Below, piece after piece: positions 1 to 14,449 of a DNA stretch of 64,000 nucleotides. Source of the stretch: Vicugna vicugna (lineage: Eukaryota); NCBI GenBank assembly GCA_013265495.1, contig MU058000.1, forward strand, positions 372,001 through 436,000, given 5' to 3'. The notes below the pieces were generated by a model, which saw only the letters and a program-made list of their open reading frames with translations, searched no databases and had not been told where the DNA came from. A program made the translations under genes and the position numbers. Every line of letters begins with the position of its first letter. Position 1 is the stretch's first letter.

Positions 1-1139
1 GGAAGACTTCCTTAGGTAGTTGATAAGGCTCATCAAACTATAAATAGTCAATGTCCTCTTCTGGATTCAAACTCCAAACAGAAGTCACTTCCAATGAGTA
101 TGCAGTGAAGGCTCACCCAACCCAGGTGATGTCACTTGAGGCCAAAAACAACTTCAAGCAAGACGGGCTTGTCCCAAATATAAGAGCCATTCACTTCCAA
201 AGCTGAATTCAAAACCTAACCTGGAAGACTCTGCAACTGTCAACCAGTAGTTGCTAAGATCCTTCCAATGTGATCTGGTGCATTTCTTCACGTCCAGATT
301 GTTTCCTCCTCTGTCCTCTGCTTACTGAGTATAAGAGAAACAGAAGGAGTCACCTGCTAAGCTTTTAAAGCTTGACTTAACTTCATGCTGCATCTCAAAG
401 AGTTTAACTTACTTAAGAATGTAAACTCCACAAAATATCCAGTGAAGAAAATTTTCCATTTTACTAACTGGAATTAATCCACTTCTGTCTCTTTTTCATG
501 AGTTCCAAAACTTACATTTTAAAAATCCTACTACATTTTACATCAAAAAAAGAAAAAAAACCCAACCAAGAAAGATATATTAACATTTCCCAAGTGTTTA
601 CATATTTAACTTTGATTAAATGCATTAAAAATGTTTAACTCATTTATATGCTTATTTTTACTTAGACATCCAAAATAATCCTTGTACATCCAGAGGTTTA
701 TATTTCCAAAGAGTAATACAAAAGCTTTGGTGTCTCTATGGTGTAAGCTTCAGAAAGCCAGGGACCTCATCTGTCATGATCACATTTTATTTCTAACACA
801 GTACTTGGCACTTTTTAGGTGGTAAACATAAGGTATTGAATAGATTAATAAATATCCCATTATAATCTCTGAATAACAACTTCATTCTGCAAACGGCCAA
901 CTCTGTTCATCACAAACATGAAAGTTTTCCAGATTTCCTCCATCCTTCTTAACCACCATATTTTCTCAAGCACTAGGTTGTCTCTCTCTGGGAAAACAAT
1001 TATCATGCTGTAGTGACGTTGGAAAATAAATATTTATTTGGGCATTTAAGTCAAAGAGTTAATAACTCTTTCCTGTTTCACAGTCATCATTTTGGTCTTT
1101 TCTTTAGGAAAAAATCCTCTGAGTGGGCTTAAGTTTCTT

Positions 1140-1830
1140 TTTTTTTTAATTTTGAAATAATTTAAATTTACAGAATGGTCGTAAAGATAGCTCAGAGTTC
1201 CCATAAAGTTTTTGCCTAGCTTTCCCTAAAATCGACATCTTACATAACCACATAGGTTTATGGAAACTTAACACAGTTAAATTACAAAACCGTTAAGCTA
1301 CAGATGTTATTCAACTGTCAAATGCTTTTTGTTCCAAGATCCAATATAGGATACTGCAGAGCAGCTTATCTCTTCAGTCTCCCCTGATCTGTGGAAGTTC
1401 CTTAGTCTTTCCTTGTTTTTATGATGTCAACATTTTTGATGAGATATTTCAGGTAGCTTCAAGTCAGGTATTTTGAAGAAAGTCCCTCAATTTGGGTTTT
1501 TCTGATGTCTTCTCATGATTAGACACAGCTCAGAAAACCAGGACAGAAAACCATAGAGGTAAGTGCCCTTCTCAGCGCATCAGACTGTAGGGTACATAAT
1601 ATCAACATGACTCACGACCAGTGATGTTAAACTTGATCACTTGATTAAGGTAGGGTGGTGTCTGCCAAATTTCCCTACCATAAAGTTAGAATTCTTTCTT
1701 TTTCATACTCTATTTTTAGAAGCAAGTCATTAAATTCAGCCCACACTCAAAGGGAGAAGAATTAAGCTCCAACTACCAGAGGGAGAATATGAAAAAAAAA
1801 AAGTGGAAACATGTTAGAATCACTAATAAA
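1140..1830 (-). mobile_element. Old L1 3' end (L1MC-type)
   Basis: T-run followed by TTTTGAAATAATTTAAATTTACAGAA..., resembling the reverse complement of an L1MC 3'UTR; boundaries approximate. Confidence 0.65.
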
Positions 1831-3899
1831 CAAGTATGCAAGTGTCCTTAAAGTCTCATCTACCAATTTTAGCTCAATCTCCAACCAGCTCTAACACTAC
1901 CAGTTCTTTTCTGGCCTATAGTTTTCCCCTATTGAAACTTATAGCCTAATGCAACCCAGATTCCTAGTAAGTTAACTCTCAGGACAGTGCTCACCACTAA
2001 GTAGAATGCTGAACCTCTTTGCATTCACCTCCAGATAACCTGCTTATGCCAAAAACACTGATGAGTGGTGTAGGATTTACATAAGACTATAAGTGGATAG
2101 AGTACACGCATCAAGTCTTCACTAAACAGTGGTCATCCTCTTAATTCTCCTAGGCTACTCCACTAACCAGGAATTCTCCTTCTCCCCTGTTTCTTTACCA
2201 TCTTGTCCAGCCTCACTGGTTTTCTGCAGCTTCTGGACCTTCCCCACAGGCTTCTAAATCCTCCTCCCCCAATTATGCAGAGCAGTCTGCCTCTATTCCA
2301 GTTCTTAATTTTGAATACCTATATTGATTACCATGCCTGATACCCCCACTTTTCCCACCCCATAAAGAAAAGAGCTATCAGTTACCAGGATCCATTCCCC
2401 TTACAGGGTAGTTGGAAAATAATTATTTTCATTCTCATACTAATAGATATTCAATCTTCATTTCTTATAATTAATATAAATATTAACAATTTTCCTTGAT
2501 GTGAAAGGAATAAAAATTAATAGGCTTAACTTTAATCAAATTGTGTTTTCTAGCACATGGAATTATACCCTATAAAAACATAATTCTTCTGAAAGTCAAC
2601 TGTGTATTTTTTAATTTGAATTCCCATATATGAACTAGCAGAATAAAAGAACCTCTAAATCTCTTGGATATCTAAGAATCTGTAATAAAATTTCCTTTCC
2701 TCCTCATTTTCTACCTTCAACATCTGACCAGTTATATATAATGTCACTTTTCCAAACTAATGTACTTTTCTATATTGTAGTTCTACTTGTTCCCTAAAAC
2801 ATTATCTAATAGTACCTCTCTCTTTTATTTCTCCTTTTACTCTAAGAATATGTAAGTCTTAGAAAATTTAGGCAATGAGAACTTAAAATTCTATTGCTTT
2901 CAGTAAAGGAGCAAAAGTGAGCTATTGAGAAGCAATCCAAAGCAAATTACTACATTTCTACCATATCATCTAGAAATGACATTAAGTTTAAACGTTATTT
3001 CTGCTTCTTATACAACATAAGCCAGTCAACAAGTAAACAAACACACAAGAAATATTCTAGCCCAGTTTACCGAACCTATTTTCTACATTATCTACTTTAA
3101 AATGAAAGACAAAGAAAATCTAACTCTTGAGACCTAGTAAATATATGTTAATGTACTTTAAATTTCAGAAACACAGATAACAGTCAATGACAAAAGCTTT
3201 AAAATTAACTCAATCAAAATTACAAGCCATTCCTTTAAACCTTGATAACAAACTTTAACTTATTTACTACCTTCTTTAAGTGTGTAAGTCTGCTCTGGAT
3301 TTCTTTCCCATTTGACTTAGATCAAGAAACTTAGACTTATATCAAAACTGACCCAGTAAAAGCAGTTATAAAAAGAGAAGAAGAAAAAAAAAAGCCAATG
3401 AATTTCTATTACTATGTCATTTGCCCTTTAAAGTTTGTTTCTTCTTAAAAGCAGTTTTTGCTATAAAGCTATCATGTGCCCTGTTCCTGGATTCAGATTG
3501 TCTTTTACACATTCAAGATCACAGCAACAGCACTGAGCCTTAATAAAGGGTCCCTGGAGCACATTTAAATCTTTAATAACAACAATTTTTTTCTTCTTTT
3601 CCTTAAGTGTGCCTATTTCCATTAAAAAGACTAACATTTTGGTATTGCACCACTGCAGTTCTTTAGAGGTAGATGATTGTGAATGTTCAGTTATATATAA
3701 TCAAAAAAAGAAAAAAATGCAGCCTTTTCTTTTAAAGAGTGGGGGAAAGGAGAAAAAGGAAATGTTTGTAGACATCTCCTCTGACCATAAAAACTCCCAA
3801 CCTTGACAACAGGCATGTTTATCAAGAGGCTCTAAAAAATAACACACTCAAAAATGTAGAACAAATAGGGAATTAAAGGCCCTTTGTCTACTTTAAATG

Positions 3900-4130
3900 G
3901 ACCAGCAAGCTTGGGTAAGAATGATGGAATTGGAATGAATTAAAGGTCACATGTTAACTCCCACACAGGCCACTGAAATTTCCAAAAAAAAAAAAAGAAC
4001 ATCAGCTATCTTGTCTCATCCTAATCACTCAGCAGTGCTACAACTGCATGCCTTTGGTCACAAGGACAAGAACACATAGATGACTCATTGGTAAACCAAC
4101 AAGACTATAGAAAAACAAGTCTCTGCTCGT
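3900..4130 (+). mobile_element. Degraded MamSINE1-like ancient SINE
   Basis: AAGGTCAC...CCCACACAGGCCA head; TGCATGCCTTTGGTCACAAGG and AGAAAAACAA body motifs resemble the MamSINE1 consensus as recalled. Confidence 0.45.
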
Positions 4131-4280
4131 ACCAAACAATAGGTCTATAATATTATATTAAAGGTACAAACTTAAGTTTTTAAGTTAATTTTTTTTCCAG
4201 TAACAATAAAGAATGAAAAAGTCATGTTACTTAGAATTATAAAAACAGTTGCTCTTTATATCTATCTGTGTGTGTGTGTT

Positions 4281-4770
4281 TTAAGACTTTATATTTTTAG
4301 AGCTGTTTTAAGCTCACAGCAAGATTAAGCGGAAAGCACAGATAGTTCCAAAATACATTCAGCCCCCACACATGCATAACCTCCCCCATTATCAACATCC
4401 TCCAACAAAGTGGTACATTTGTTACAACTGGTGAACCTAAACACTAACACATCATAATCACCCGAAGTCCATGGTTTACATTAGGGTTCATTCTTGCTGT
4501 TACAAATTCTATGAGTGGGCAAAAGTTTAATGACATGTATCCATCGTTACAGTATCATACAGAGTATTTTTACTGTCCTAAAAACCTTCTGTGCTCCACC
4601 TATTCATCTTTCCCCTCCCAGATGTTTTTATTGTCTCCATATTCTTGTTTCTATAATGTCAAGTAGTCAGAGTCATAAAGTGTATACTCTTTTCAAATTG
4701 GCTTCTTTCACTTAGTAATATGCCTTTAAGGTTCCTCTATGTCTTTTCATGACTTAATAAGTCATCTGGT
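4281..4770 (-). mobile_element. Old L1 3' end (L1MC/L1MD-type)
   Basis: TTTTTAGAGCTGTTTTAAGCTCACAGC...GTGGTACATTTGTTACAA...GTCCATGGTTTACATTAGGGTTCA motifs. Confidence 0.75.
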
Positions 4771-6079
4771 TATTTTTTTATAATTAAGTTTTACATGTAG
4801 GTTCAAAATAAAAAACAGCAAACAAATATTCTAAGCTTCACAATGATATTCTGATCCAAATTAGACCACATTAGCTATAAACTGAAGTTACAAGTTATTT
4901 ATATTTATGTATTTAAACTTTTTAAATAGCTTTAAGGACTTGTTATATTTCAAATCAAGAAAAAACATCATTTAGTACTGAGTACGAAATAAAATACTGT
5001 AATGGGAATCTGACTTAACTGGAACTTTTTTAAAAGATGAAAATCTACTATTTCCAAAATTCTCTTTTGAAAACCTAAATTACAGTTCTAAAACCAAACA
5101 TCAATAAAAATACATATTTTAAAAAGGAATATATATGCATAACACAGCAGGATTTTACTGCTCACAACTAGTACTACTCATTTCAATTAACACAGGTTTT
5201 ATTTCTGTCAAGTTTTGTGAATTTTTAAATTGTGTTCTTTCCTAAATCAAGTTAGAGATTCCTCCCACATGAAAACTAGCTAATAAAGTCATGGAAAATT
5301 TTAGCCTTTAAGTTCATCCAGTTGGGGATTGTCTGTGCCAACAAAAACCAAAACAAAATAAACAAAAAAAAATTAAGCCTCTTTTCAAGGCAGAAAACAA
5401 TACATTCATATTCTAAATCCCTGAACCAATATCAAAAATAGCTAACTGGATGTTACTTAAATTTTTCAAAGAAATTTATTTTTCAGCCACAACTAGGGAA
5501 CAAAAATTCTATACCAATACCTACAATTTAAAAACATTTTAATAAGTGAAAGGAGAACTGTGTGATAGAAGTCCAAAGAGAATCCAACATTGATCATTAT
5601 CATTATGATACCATGAAGATATGGAGTATATCAAAGGGAGAGAGTCTAAAGTCTATCGGTTGAACTATGTGTATTTTCCAGATGGAAGTGGTCAGCACAT
5701 AGTGAGTGGAGTCACAAGATATACCCATTCCTGTTTCTCAAAGGGTAGAGTAGTATCAGGTATCATGTAGTTAAGTAAGATTAATCAGTAGTTAAGTACA
5801 TTGCTATTACTTCTTCTGATGGTAATTGTAATTGTAAATAATACTCTTTAAAGATACCTGAGGTTTTGAAACATAAAACTCAAAGTTTCTCTCTGAGAAT
5901 AGCCTAGATGGGTTTTTTTCTTATTTTTGGTCTTATGATAAGATGTTTATTATTTCAAGTATCCAATGAGCTTTTTATAGGAATTAATTGTGGTAGGACA
6001 GATGAGCACATATTACTGACCTAATTACTCTGATAAATAAATAAACTTACTGGTTCCAGTATGTCCATATTTATGAAGT

Positions 6080-6325
6080 CTGTGACTGGTTATGACACCT
6101 TGTGCCAATGAAGCCAAACAAGGTCATGGGTTCAATCTCCATGAGAGCCAATTTCCTTTGCTCTCTTCCATAGCCATAGTCTTTACCTAAACTTTAGCCA
6201 AAGGCCATATGGAAGACTAAGTAGGCCAGAGACCATGGATGAATCAGCAAAAATCCACTACCATGACTATAAAAATAACTTAAAAGTAAAACCCTGTTGA
6301 CTAGTGTCAGGATTTCATTCTTCAA
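6080..6325 (+). mobile_element. MamSINE1-like ancient tRNA-derived SINE
   Basis: B-box-like AAGGTCATGGGTTCAATCTCC; CTTTGCTCTCTTCCATAGCCATAG and GGATGAATCAGCAAAAATCCACTACC body motifs. Confidence 0.6.
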
Positions 6326-8906
6326 ATGTTATTAAGTTTGCCAAACTGCAAAACAAAACCTTAATTGCTGCCTACAAAGTTGGTATGCTGAAAAGACATA
6401 TAAGTCTTCTGACTTCTTTAATTCAAAAACAACAATGGTAATGAGTATTATTCCCCTAAATGCCATTGTTTTTACTGGAAGAGATTTCATTTTTATGCAA
6501 TCTTTTACTTAATAAAAAATCTTGCAAGTAAAGTTAAATGTGAGCCCAACAAGTGCACTTTCCAGGATTTCCTTCAAAATCAAAAAGCAAACGTTCTTAG
6601 TGGAGGGTCTGTTTTTATCCAAGTAGCTTCTTCTCAAAAAAGAGACTCATAGTTTTATTAGAAATCCCAGAGCAATATGATACTTCATTTGACTTTCTAA
6701 ACGCAGGACCATGGAGTTAGAATTGTTGACAAACAGAAGATCACAGATAATTACGGAAATTTAATTTAGAATTGCTCAAGTTTTACATGTATTTGAGCAG
6801 AAGGCACTGTAAATAGACAATAGCTTTCATTGTTAAGAATTAGAGGATGTTATTTTATGTCTTTGGATTTGGGAAGTTTTTTGGTTGTTTTCTGTTTTTT
6901 TCTTTTTTTTCACTTTTTCCTAATCAAAATAAGAAGCAGTACCAAGTCTATGAATAAGTCCATCTGTAGCAAAGTCATCTTTGTTTGCACAATATTACTA
7001 TGCACTCAGTACTTGCCCAATAAATATTAATTGATAATGATGGAAAAGAGCTTTATAAACAGATGGTCTAGGATAAATTTGCTGAAAATATAGACAGACA
7101 CATTCCACTCTTCAAGAAAAGCATAAAGTGGAAATTAAATAAGTCCTGCACTCAGAAAATCTCAGACTATTGTCAGACAGCTGTTCAGTCAACAAGAACA
7201 CAAACATTTTTCATCATCGTCACAGCATTAACAGCATTAAATGTCTATTTGCATATGGTCCCTACACAAAGTGACTCACACAGACTCATACTAGCCTTAT
7301 TTGTTATAAAGTACAATGACAAGATTGGCGAGAAAAAACAAGCACACACAGCAAAATAAATGTGATTAAATAATAATTTGAGATCTAGTCATATGTAGTA
7401 TAAACATAAAATAGGTGTCAGACTTAAATGCAACTCACAGAAGCAATGAGTATTTATTTATAATGTAAACTTTAACTATTTCCAAACAGACTTTGAGGTG
7501 CTTTACAAGGACACCTATGCATGTGCTAAAAGAATAGGCAAAACAAAGAGGTGAAATGAGTCAGAGGCCATGACGACCATGATAAGATAAATAGCGACTC
7601 TTCAAGAATCTGAAGTGCAAACCATTGGGGAAAAAAAGAGAGAGAGACAAGACAATTGCATGAGGACTAACATCAATGAGGGTAGGATCAAGAAAACCAC
7701 AAGCAAACTAATCAACCAGGACACCCTGAAAAACACTCATTATTCAAGAACACTTGAATAATAAGAAAACCTAAGTCAGTATACATGCGAGAATTTTGGA
7801 GAAAAATAGTTGAAATGGGGAGGTAAAAGAGGGTAGAAAGCATATTACAAACATAATAATTAACAGCCTTAGGTAATATTTGTTTAAGAAAGTAAAAAGC
7901 CTAAGGAAGACATGATGTAAGTGTTAATTACATAGAAATGAGATTTTAAGAATTTCAGGACAACTTACTTCTATACATCATCTCATAAAACTGCACCCTT
8001 CAAAGGAATCCAAAGGCCTTAACTAGCATGTTAACAGCTGATATGTTACCTCTTCTCTGATGTGGAATACATTTCTAAACTTTCAACTTTTGCCTTATCA
8101 ATATTAAATAGTAGGCCCCTGAGAAATACTATCAAAATGGGACATTCTTTAATCCAGTCAGCTATTACTCCCAGTATTTCCTAATATGAAAAAGATAACA
8201 TGGCTTGTGAAGATTTGCCTGTAATATCCATGAACCATGCAGGAAGTTTGCTCTGTGAAGGGAAACTCAAGTATTGAGTGAGTACAAGGTTGAAAGAGAC
8301 GACATCCAAGATCTCTTCCAACTTCTGTAAGAAGTTTTGGGTAAAAAATATTTTCCACAGAAAGAATATTTAAAATGTTTAAGTATCATCTGAAATGATC
8401 AAAGCCTAATGAAACAGACTTTAGATTAAATAAGGGGGTGGGCGGTATGGAAGGCAAGAAGGGAAAGCAGGAACAAGACTAAAGAAGAAGACTCAAAAAC
8501 ATGAAACGTATAGGACTTGCACATTTAAAGCTGTGCCAAATAGTGTGTAACCAGCTTTGAGACAAATCCCGTAATAGCTGATCATTCTTTTCCATCTATT
8601 TCCTTTCTTTTAGCATGTTGACATTAATGTTTTTTAATAACCTTACAGAAAAGAATTGTTTATTCTAATCTTGCAAAGAAAAAAATAAGTAACCCACAAG
8701 TAACAAACATAAAAAAGAGAGAAGGAAATAATTAGCAGGGCATAAAATGACAAGACAAAGAACAATGTTGTGAATCAAAAGTGTAGTAAATCAGAATTTA
8801 AGTATCTCAGCCATAGATTGGTAAAGTGCTCATTATGTAGCAATAAGCAACGGAGTAGAATCATAGTCATAAAAGAAATGCCTCAAATGATTTGAAAATG
8901 CAAAAT

Positions 8907-9325
8907 ATTACAGCAACAGGGATGGACCTAGAAACTGTCATACTAAGTGAAGTTAAGACAGAAAGAAAAATACCATATGCTATCATTTATATGTGGAATC
9001 TAAAAAAAAAAGAAAAAAAGACACAAATGAACTTCCTTACAAAACAGTCACAGACTCATGGTTACCAGGGGGAAGAGTGGGTAGCAGGGGATAAACTGGG
9101 AATTTGGGATAAATTGGGAATTCGGGATTTATAGCTACTAACTACTATATATAAAATAGATAAACAACGAAGTCCTACTGTATAGCATAGGGAACTATAT
9201 TCAATATCTTGTAATGGCCTTAATGAAAAAGAGTATGAAAAGGAATATACAAAACTGAATCACTATGCTGTACACTAGAAATTAACACAACATTGTAAAT
9301 CGACTATATTTCAAGTTAAAAAAAA
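8907..9325 (+). mobile_element. 5'-truncated cetartiodactyl-type L1 3' end with perfect 13-bp TSD
   Basis: ORF2 tail (TATGMDLETVILSEV), 3'UTR and A-tail; TSD GAAAATGCAAAAT at 8894-8906 and 9326-9338, preceded by TTT. Confidence 0.9.
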
Positions 9326-9635
9326 GAAAATGCAAAATGTCAGTAAAAATGCCATCTCCTTCACCCAAATTTCCCAAAAGGGCCAAGAAGGGGTACCTAT
9401 TTCCTCTCTGAGCTACTCCAGAGCCTTGGCAAAGCTGAAGTCATACTTACTGAATTACAGTGATTGGTAACGTTTCTGTTTTCTCAGTTAAACTGAGAGC
9501 CCTAAAGAGCAATACAGCATTTTAAGTATCTTTAAATTACTAGCCCCCAGCACAGCACCTGGCACACGGTAGGTACATGAGGGTACTGGCCACGTGAATA
9601 TCTCACTATGTATAGTTCAGACTACAATAGAATTT

Positions 9636-10480
9636 AACATTCATTCATTCATTCCTGTAAGAAACCCTCATTGGGCCTCTATTCTATGCCAGGCACTGTT
9701 TTAGGTGCTGGAGACAAAGCAATGAGCAGAATAAGTGTCTGCCTCATAAAGCCCGCATTCTGCTCAAGGGAACAGATGGTAGACAGATGACAAGTAAGGA
9801 AACGTGTTATAAAGAAAAAAGAGGAGTTTAAGGGACTCAAGAGCAATGAAGGGGAATCTGATCTAGGATAATTAATAAGGCCTTTCTGAAGTAGAGTCTG
9901 AATGATATGATGGCATAAGCAAAACAACTGCTTTCAAAGTTCAAAATCCCTGACTCTGGAATGGAAAGTGCAAATGTCCAGAAGCAGGAGGGTGCCTGGC
10001 ACGCCCATGGAAAAGCAAAGCCAGTGTAGTTGGTCTAGAGGATGCAAGTGGAAGAACAACAGAATATCAGGCTGAGAGGGACGACAGGGACCATATCAGA
10101 GCGACCTTGTAGGCTGAGGATTTTAGATTTCATTCTGAATGTGACAAAAAAAAAAACAAAACACTGAAGGGTTTTGAAGAAGTGGTATCACCTGATTCTA
10201 TGGGGTTAAAGACTGTAAGGTGGTTAAGAATGGAAGCAAGGAGGCTACTGCGCCAGCCCAAGCAGGAGATAATAATCCCAAGGTGATAAAGGAGAGGACA
10301 GGGGGTAGAGGGGGCGAATTCTCATCAATCCAGAAAATATTTTCAAGATAAAGCTGACAGAATTCAATAGTGGCCCAGATATGAAGAACAGGGGAAATGG
10401 AGAAGGCAAGGACATAAAAGAAACAGAAAAATGTTTAATAAAACTTAAAATTATTTTACCAGCAAGATGAGTAGCCATCT
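9636..10480 (-). mobile_element. L2 fragment
   Basis: (CATT)n tail and TATGCCAGGCACTGTTTTAGGTGCTGGAGA motif. Confidence 0.75.
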
Positions 10481-12729
10481 TTTTAAGAGGAAATAAATCA
10501 CATGACCTACTTATTTGTATGAATCATACAAAGAGATAAGATTTAGCATCTTCTATAAAGTTCACAGGTCAGGAGGGGAAAGAACAGGAAATGGAGCTCC
10601 AGAAACCAGGTCTGCCCAGGCTTTGTGGCTTTGAATCACAGCTTCACTCTAAGTAGATCCCCATCCGGGACTGATACTGGCGAGCAATGCTTCATGATCA
10701 CAATCTCAGCTAATAAGCATGAAATCGTGTAACTTTTTCTCAGTACCATATGGGGCCCTTTGGACAACTACATAATAAGGTTATAACTATATTACTGCTC
10801 TAACTTAACCATAATATGGTCACAGATATGTTAGAAAAACCTAAGCAGTCTTTCATTTCTTGAACAATAAATAAAACTACAGTTTCAGTATTAAAAAAAC
10901 AAAAAAAGAACCCAGGGTACTGAGTAGAAACGTAAACTAACTACAAATGCAGTGAGTCATATTAGGGCTATTAAAAATGCTTTTCTATCAAGGAAAGATA
11001 AACAAGCAAACAAAGGGAGAACAAACAGCATTAGAACATCAGCGGGAAATGAATACAACTGGGGTGAGTGGACAACAGGGTGCAAAGACAGTGACTGTTA
11101 AGGAGAAGAAAATGACAATTAGGGGAAAGAGCTTTAGATCTACATAATACAAAAACGTAGAGAAGGTATCTTTGGGATGCTTCTGCATAGCTTAGAAATA
11201 TGAAATGTGAAAAGGGAATAAGACTACACGATTCCAGCAAAATTAACTCTCATATCAAATTATAGTCTCTAATTGTTTTATTATACGTAAAAAGATTTTT
11301 CCTCAGAGGGAGGGAGAGAAAAGAAAGGAACTGTAGCCCTAAAGAAGAATTATGAAACTCTTAACACAAAGGCATAGAAATGACAGTTTTAGTGTTAAAT
11401 ATAACAGATGTCTTAATATATAATACTCAATATGCCATATTTTATTTTTCAACAGTAGAAAGCAACACTTTTAAATTTAAGTTTTCAAATGGTAATAGTT
11501 AAATAATTAGATTTTTCCAGTTGCAATGTTAGTGCTAAGCACACTTTCAGGGAGCCCTAAGACATGAGGTGTGTATACAAATTATAATCATTTTTCAACA
11601 AAGTTTAGCGACTTTAATAAATGATGCCTGCAGGGTCACAACTGATGGTTCAATACTGACGACTAGTGGTCAAAAACATGCAGTAATTCTCTATGAAGAA
11701 TTTATCCTTTGATTTTTATCATCGAAATTTGAAACATTTAAATACAAATTATGTGAAAAATCTTAAAAGAACTTTCCTTACAAAGGTTCTGAAAATTTAA
11801 AAAGAAAACAACGTAGCTGCAAAGTTTCTGAAAAAGTCTTGTTGGTCCATTATTTGCAATGTCCCCAAACCCAAATCAGTCAGCATCTGTTGCTGACCCA
11901 TAATGATTGGGAACAATTAAATAAAGTCTTCAGAAATCCATAATTAATATTTCAAGAGGTCTTACTTTTAGATTTCATGTAACTGAGCAGTTCTATTTTT
12001 TTCCTAACTTTGTTAAACACTCAGAAAGCAAAAATTCAACTGTCCTAAATTTTCAATAGAATTTCAACAGTAACATACTCTATCAAATGTTCTTTTTATA
12101 AAGTTAAAATATTTAAAATGTAATTGTGACTGTCTGAATTCTTGAAGAATATTTGTGAGGTTTTTGTTAAAGCATTTAAACTGCTACATATTAAACTTTA
12201 AAGAAGTTAAAACGTGTTGACCTGCACTTTCTTTCTGTAGGAATAAGAGCAGCAGAATAATACAACAATGTCTACAAACCTCTGAAAGAAAAAAAGTTTT
12301 GTTTTTACCAAGAATGTTATGTGCAGCTAAATGGTCATTCACATTTGAAAGCAGCCTTCATTCTTTAAACATCTATTCATAGAACGTCCGCTGTGTTGTC
12401 AACACTGTACTACATGCCCCAGAAACAGGGTTGATGGACAAAGTTCCCGCCAGTGGAAGAAGGTGCTAGGGGAGAGGACGAACAACAACGTAACAAGTAA
12501 AGCACAATTACAGGTGACTTGAAGTGCTATTTACAAAATAAAGTAACGTGACATGAAAAGAAGCAGCGGGGTAGAAAAGGGTTATTCCAGAAAAGGGGGG
12601 AAGGAAGTTCTCTCTTCCTTCTTAAGAGAAGGATGAAAAGGGATAAGTTATGCTGAGAGTTGGAAGAAAAAGTTTTCAATAACACACCGAGAGGAAGTCA
12701 CTGTGGATGGAACACATATTTCTTAGAAT

Positions 12730-14449
12730 AATTTTCAGTTAACTAAGTAATGTTTAAAAATTTTAGAATAAACACCTAAAGAATGGAAATAATATCTATA
12801 GCTTCAAAGCCAGCAGAAAGTATAAAAATAAATATACAACACATTTCAATCCAATATAAGATAAGAAGGGGAAGAAAAAACACAAAGAGAAGTTAAGAAA
12901 CAAATAAAATGACAAAAACATTTCCAAATGTATCGGTAATCCTAAGCGTAAACTGACTAACCCAAGCATTAAAAGACACAATTTATTAGAGAAGACTTTT
13001 TGAAGTTCACCTATAAGGTGTTTCTAAGAAACAAACAAAAATAAAACTACAGAGAAAAGATTAAAATAAAGAAGAAAAATCATGTCATGAAAAAAGTAAA
13101 TGAATCCTAATGTCAAGAGGAACACTATATAATAATTAAAAAAATAATTGACTAAGAAGTAATTAAATTATATCCATGAAACCACAGTCAAAAAACAGAA
13201 CAAAACTGAAAATAATCACAGGGAAAAACAGACAATGCTATCGTAACAGGAGGCTTTAGATTGACATATTTAATAAGAACATAGTACAACAACAAAATTT
13301 GCAAACCTGGCCTACTAAGCTTATATGAGAGAGAGAGTGTGTATGTGTGTCACAGAAACACAAACTCTGCATTCAAAAAAAAAAAAAACACAAAATTTAA
13401 TTTTTTTACTCATAGAACACTTACAAAAATTGATGATGGTACTAGGTCAAAACAGAAGTTTCAACAAATTTCAAAGGGATCAATTTAAAAATAAATAATA
13501 AAGAGCTTAAAAATAAGCATACACGTATATTTGAAAATTCCAAAAGGCATTCCTAAATAAGTCAAATTATAGGGAAAATCATAACAGAAATTACAAAAGA
13601 TTTAGAAATAAACTACCATAAGAGAATAGCATATCAAACCATATAGTAATTTGATCATAAATTTACAGTATTAAAAAGACAAAGTAGAAAGTCAATTAAT
13701 CACTTAACTTGCAAGTCTAAAACATAAAGCAGTAATCTAAAAATAATCAGGAAAAGAGTTCAAAGCAGAAGTTGATGAAGTAATAAACAAAGCCAGTCAA
13801 AACAAAAACTAATAATCATGTCCAGCAAGACTAATAAAGAAAAAGAACTAAATAACATTAAAGGGAAAAGGATATAGCTTCAGAAAAAGACTGAAAAAAA
13901 TATTAGAGAGCTATGACTGCTTCTTTAAATTAATTTTAAAACACAACAAAATGGATAACTTCAAAGTTATGAATAATTACCAAGCTGACAAAAAGGCTAT
14001 ATAAACCAAAAAACATTGAAGAAACTGAAAACCTCAGCCAAAAAAAGGTAACAGGCACCAATGATTTCATGGGGGAGTTTTAACAAACATTCAAGAAACA
14101 AACAATCCCTCTCTTAAACAGAGCCAAGCAAAAGAAAAAAGAAGGAATCCAGTGAACTAATTTTATGAGATAAACGTAACCTTGCTTTCAAAACCAAAAA
14201 GAGTAATGCAAAGAAAATTATAACCGATCTCAATCACAAACATAAACATTCTAAAGAAAAGACTATTAAATCAAATTAAATCAGCAATGTATGAGAAACA
14301 ATACATTATGACCAAGAAAAGTTCTCAGGCATACAAAGAGCTCAGCATCTACTGAAAGACTCCATGGCATTTAAATATTAAAAGAGAAGGCAGCAGTATT
14401 ATTTGATGAATTTCATAACCCATTCATGATGTTAAAAAATCAGCCTCTC
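12730..14449 (+). mobile_element. Old degraded L1 ORF2, 5' part, interrupted by the ERV-derived insert
   Basis: A-rich ORF2 remnants ending ATTTGATGAATTTCATAACCCATTCATGAT (FD-x-x-x-x-P-F-M of the L1 RT region). Confidence 0.75.
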
